Positions 63,162 to 64,000 of a DNA stretch of 64,000 nt are shown piece after piece. Source of the DNA: a virus. A program made the translations under genes and the position numbers. The DNA is taken from the IMG/VR virus record IMGVR_UViG_3300045988_167206, positions 32,001 through 96,000 of that record, one strand, 5' to 3'. The notes beneath the pieces are model-generated. The model ran no database searches, was not told the origin of the DNA, and was given only the letters and a program-made list of their open reading frames with translations. How positions within the stretch are numbered: the first letter of the stretch is position 1; every line of letters begins with the position of its first letter.

Positions 63162-63710
63162 ATGGCTCTTATAACTTGTCCAGAATGTGGTCAAAAAATT
63201 AGTGATAAGTCTCCTGCATGCATCCATTGCGGATATCCTTTACAAGAAATAAAAAAATATGAAACTATATGGAATGGCCATGACATATCTAAAATTAATG
63301 AATATTTAGATAGTCTTAATGCTAATGAAAAGCAAGATTTTATTTTGTTCTGTGAATATATAGAAGATCGTAATAAACCATTGGTCGATCCAACAAAAAA
63401 AAATACAAATAAACCATTTCAAGGAGAATATTATAATAAATTTTATGATTTTATGGCAGAGCTAGGATATTATTATAAAATATCAAATGATGATGCCGGT
63501 AAATTCATCTTAGATTATTTACGCAGCAAAAATTATACCTCTCCTCAACCATCAACTCAAACCAATCAAGTCCGTTGTCCAAAGTGTGGCTCTACATCAA
63601 TCACAACAGAGAAGAGAGGATTCGACCTTATGTGGGGATTCCTGGGATCTGAATGGGTTACATACAATGTATGCCAGAAGTGTGGATACAGGTGGAAGAT
63701 TGGAAGATAG
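63162..63710 (+). CDS. Double zinc-ribbon protein
   Basis: CPECGQKISDKSPACIHCG near the N-terminus and CPKCGS...CQKCG near the C-terminus. Start at 63162 (or 63156) after AGGAAGGAAG. Confidence 0.65.
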   Translation: MALITCPECGQKISDKSPACIHCGYPLQEIKKYETIWNGHDISKINEYLDSLNANEKQDFILFCEYIEDRNKPLVDPTKKNTNKPFQGEYYNKFYDFMAELGYYYKISNDDAGKFILDYLRSKNYTSPQPSTQTNQVRCPKCGSTSITTEKRGFDLMWGFLGSEWVTYNVCQKCGYRWKIGR

Positions 63711-63730
63711 AGAGATAGGAGAGAAATATT

Positions 63731-64000
63731 ATGGGAAGTCATATATGGGGTAATATATATCTGTATTGTTGGGAAAATAAAATTGATTTTCGACAGGTAT
63801 TCAACAAGCTTTTGAATACTGAGCTGGAAGCATATAAAGAGGGTTGCGAACAATTCTTGGTTCCTTATACATACAATAAAAATAGTCAATTTAACAGAAG
63901 AAAGCTTGTTGGGTCTACATTAGAGCTTGATGTGGATGTATTAACTTCACATTTTCACATTCCTATTGAAGAAATTTTTAATCCGCGTAATTATCTAGAA
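63731..64000 (+). CDS. Hypothetical protein, 3' end outside window
   Basis: ATG at 63731 after AGGAGAGA. The frame is open for all 90 codons to the window edge (MGSHIWGNIYLYCWENKIDF...). Confidence 0.45.
   Translation, partial: MGSHIWGNIYLYCWENKIDFRQVFNKLLNTELEAYKEGCEQFLVPYTYNKNSQFNRRKLVGSTLELDVDVLTSHFHIPIEEIFNPRNYLE

Larger units (their letters stand above)
1..64000. mobile_element. Segment of a large temperate tailed-phage genome (attP configuration, not a prophage junction)
   Basis: Contiguous phage replication, auxiliary-gene, integrase, lysis, tail-fibre, baseplate and tape-measure modules. Phage genes lie on both sides of the integrase/att region. Confidence 0.9.

Noticed and set aside
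63566-63889. 107-aa minus-strand ORF at the right edge, which could have been an upstream tail gene.
   Set aside because: It overlaps the zinc-ribbon gene, which has clear CxxC pairs, and the following plus-strand ORF with a good RBS. Its peptide is I/F/L-rich with no motif.
1-64000. Search for CRISPR arrays, rRNA, tRNA, inteins, group I introns and diversity-generating retroelement parts.
   Set aside because: No regularly spaced direct repeats, no cloverleaf-capable intergenic segments and no interrupted polymerase or RNR frames were seen. No reverse transcriptase was seen either, and the Mtd-N-like fibre anchors alone do not indicate a DGR.

Overview
The whole window is a low-GC (about one third G+C by eye), densely coding segment of a large temperate tailed phage. 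Firmicutes/Clostridia-type signals include GGAGG-type RBSs, a phiLC3-type holin and a GH25+CHAP endolysin. The layout is two convergent blocks.

Block 1 (nt 1-25269, + strand) holds replication and nucleotide metabolism genes: DnaE (5'-partial), a RecD2-like helicase, a divergent ThyX-like protein, a guanylate-kinase-like kinase, class II RNR and dUTPase. It continues as a long, translationally coupled auxiliary-gene operon and ends in a tyrosine integrase. The operon encodes an SPFH protein, a metallophosphoesterase, a vWA protein, a short PurA-family enzyme, an HPr/Crh-like protein and an NAD+ island. The island comprises PncA-like, Prs/Adps-like, Nampt/Namat-like and NadE genes plus a PF10127-like nucleotidyltransferase.

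At 25.27-25.76 kb a GC-rich 3' fragment of a host-type ygiQ (UPF0313 radical SAM) gene is bracketed by tandem ATGGTGTMAAA repeats. I read this as attP.

Block 2 (26055-63129, - strand) holds the lysis cassette, several tail fibres, baseplate genes including a 2437-aa multidomain CotH/LRR/LamG receptor-binding giant, Tal, Dit and a 2763-aa apparently double tape measure protein. A self-contained tubR-tubZ-rep cassette (35.1-37.5 kb) is embedded among the fibre genes. It is a plasmid-type partition and replication module with iteron-like repeats inside the rep gene, and its own promoter region and terminator.

No rRNA, tRNA or CRISPR array was seen. The most interesting items are:
- the extended NAD+ reconstitution island, NARP1-like plus PncA/NadE
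- the tubulin-based episome cassette coexisting with an integrase/attP
- the divergent PurA-family enzyme
- the Crh-like moron
- a recurring AATAATGTAAAATTT intergenic motif

All functional calls rest on by-eye motif recognition and need HMM or structure confirmation.
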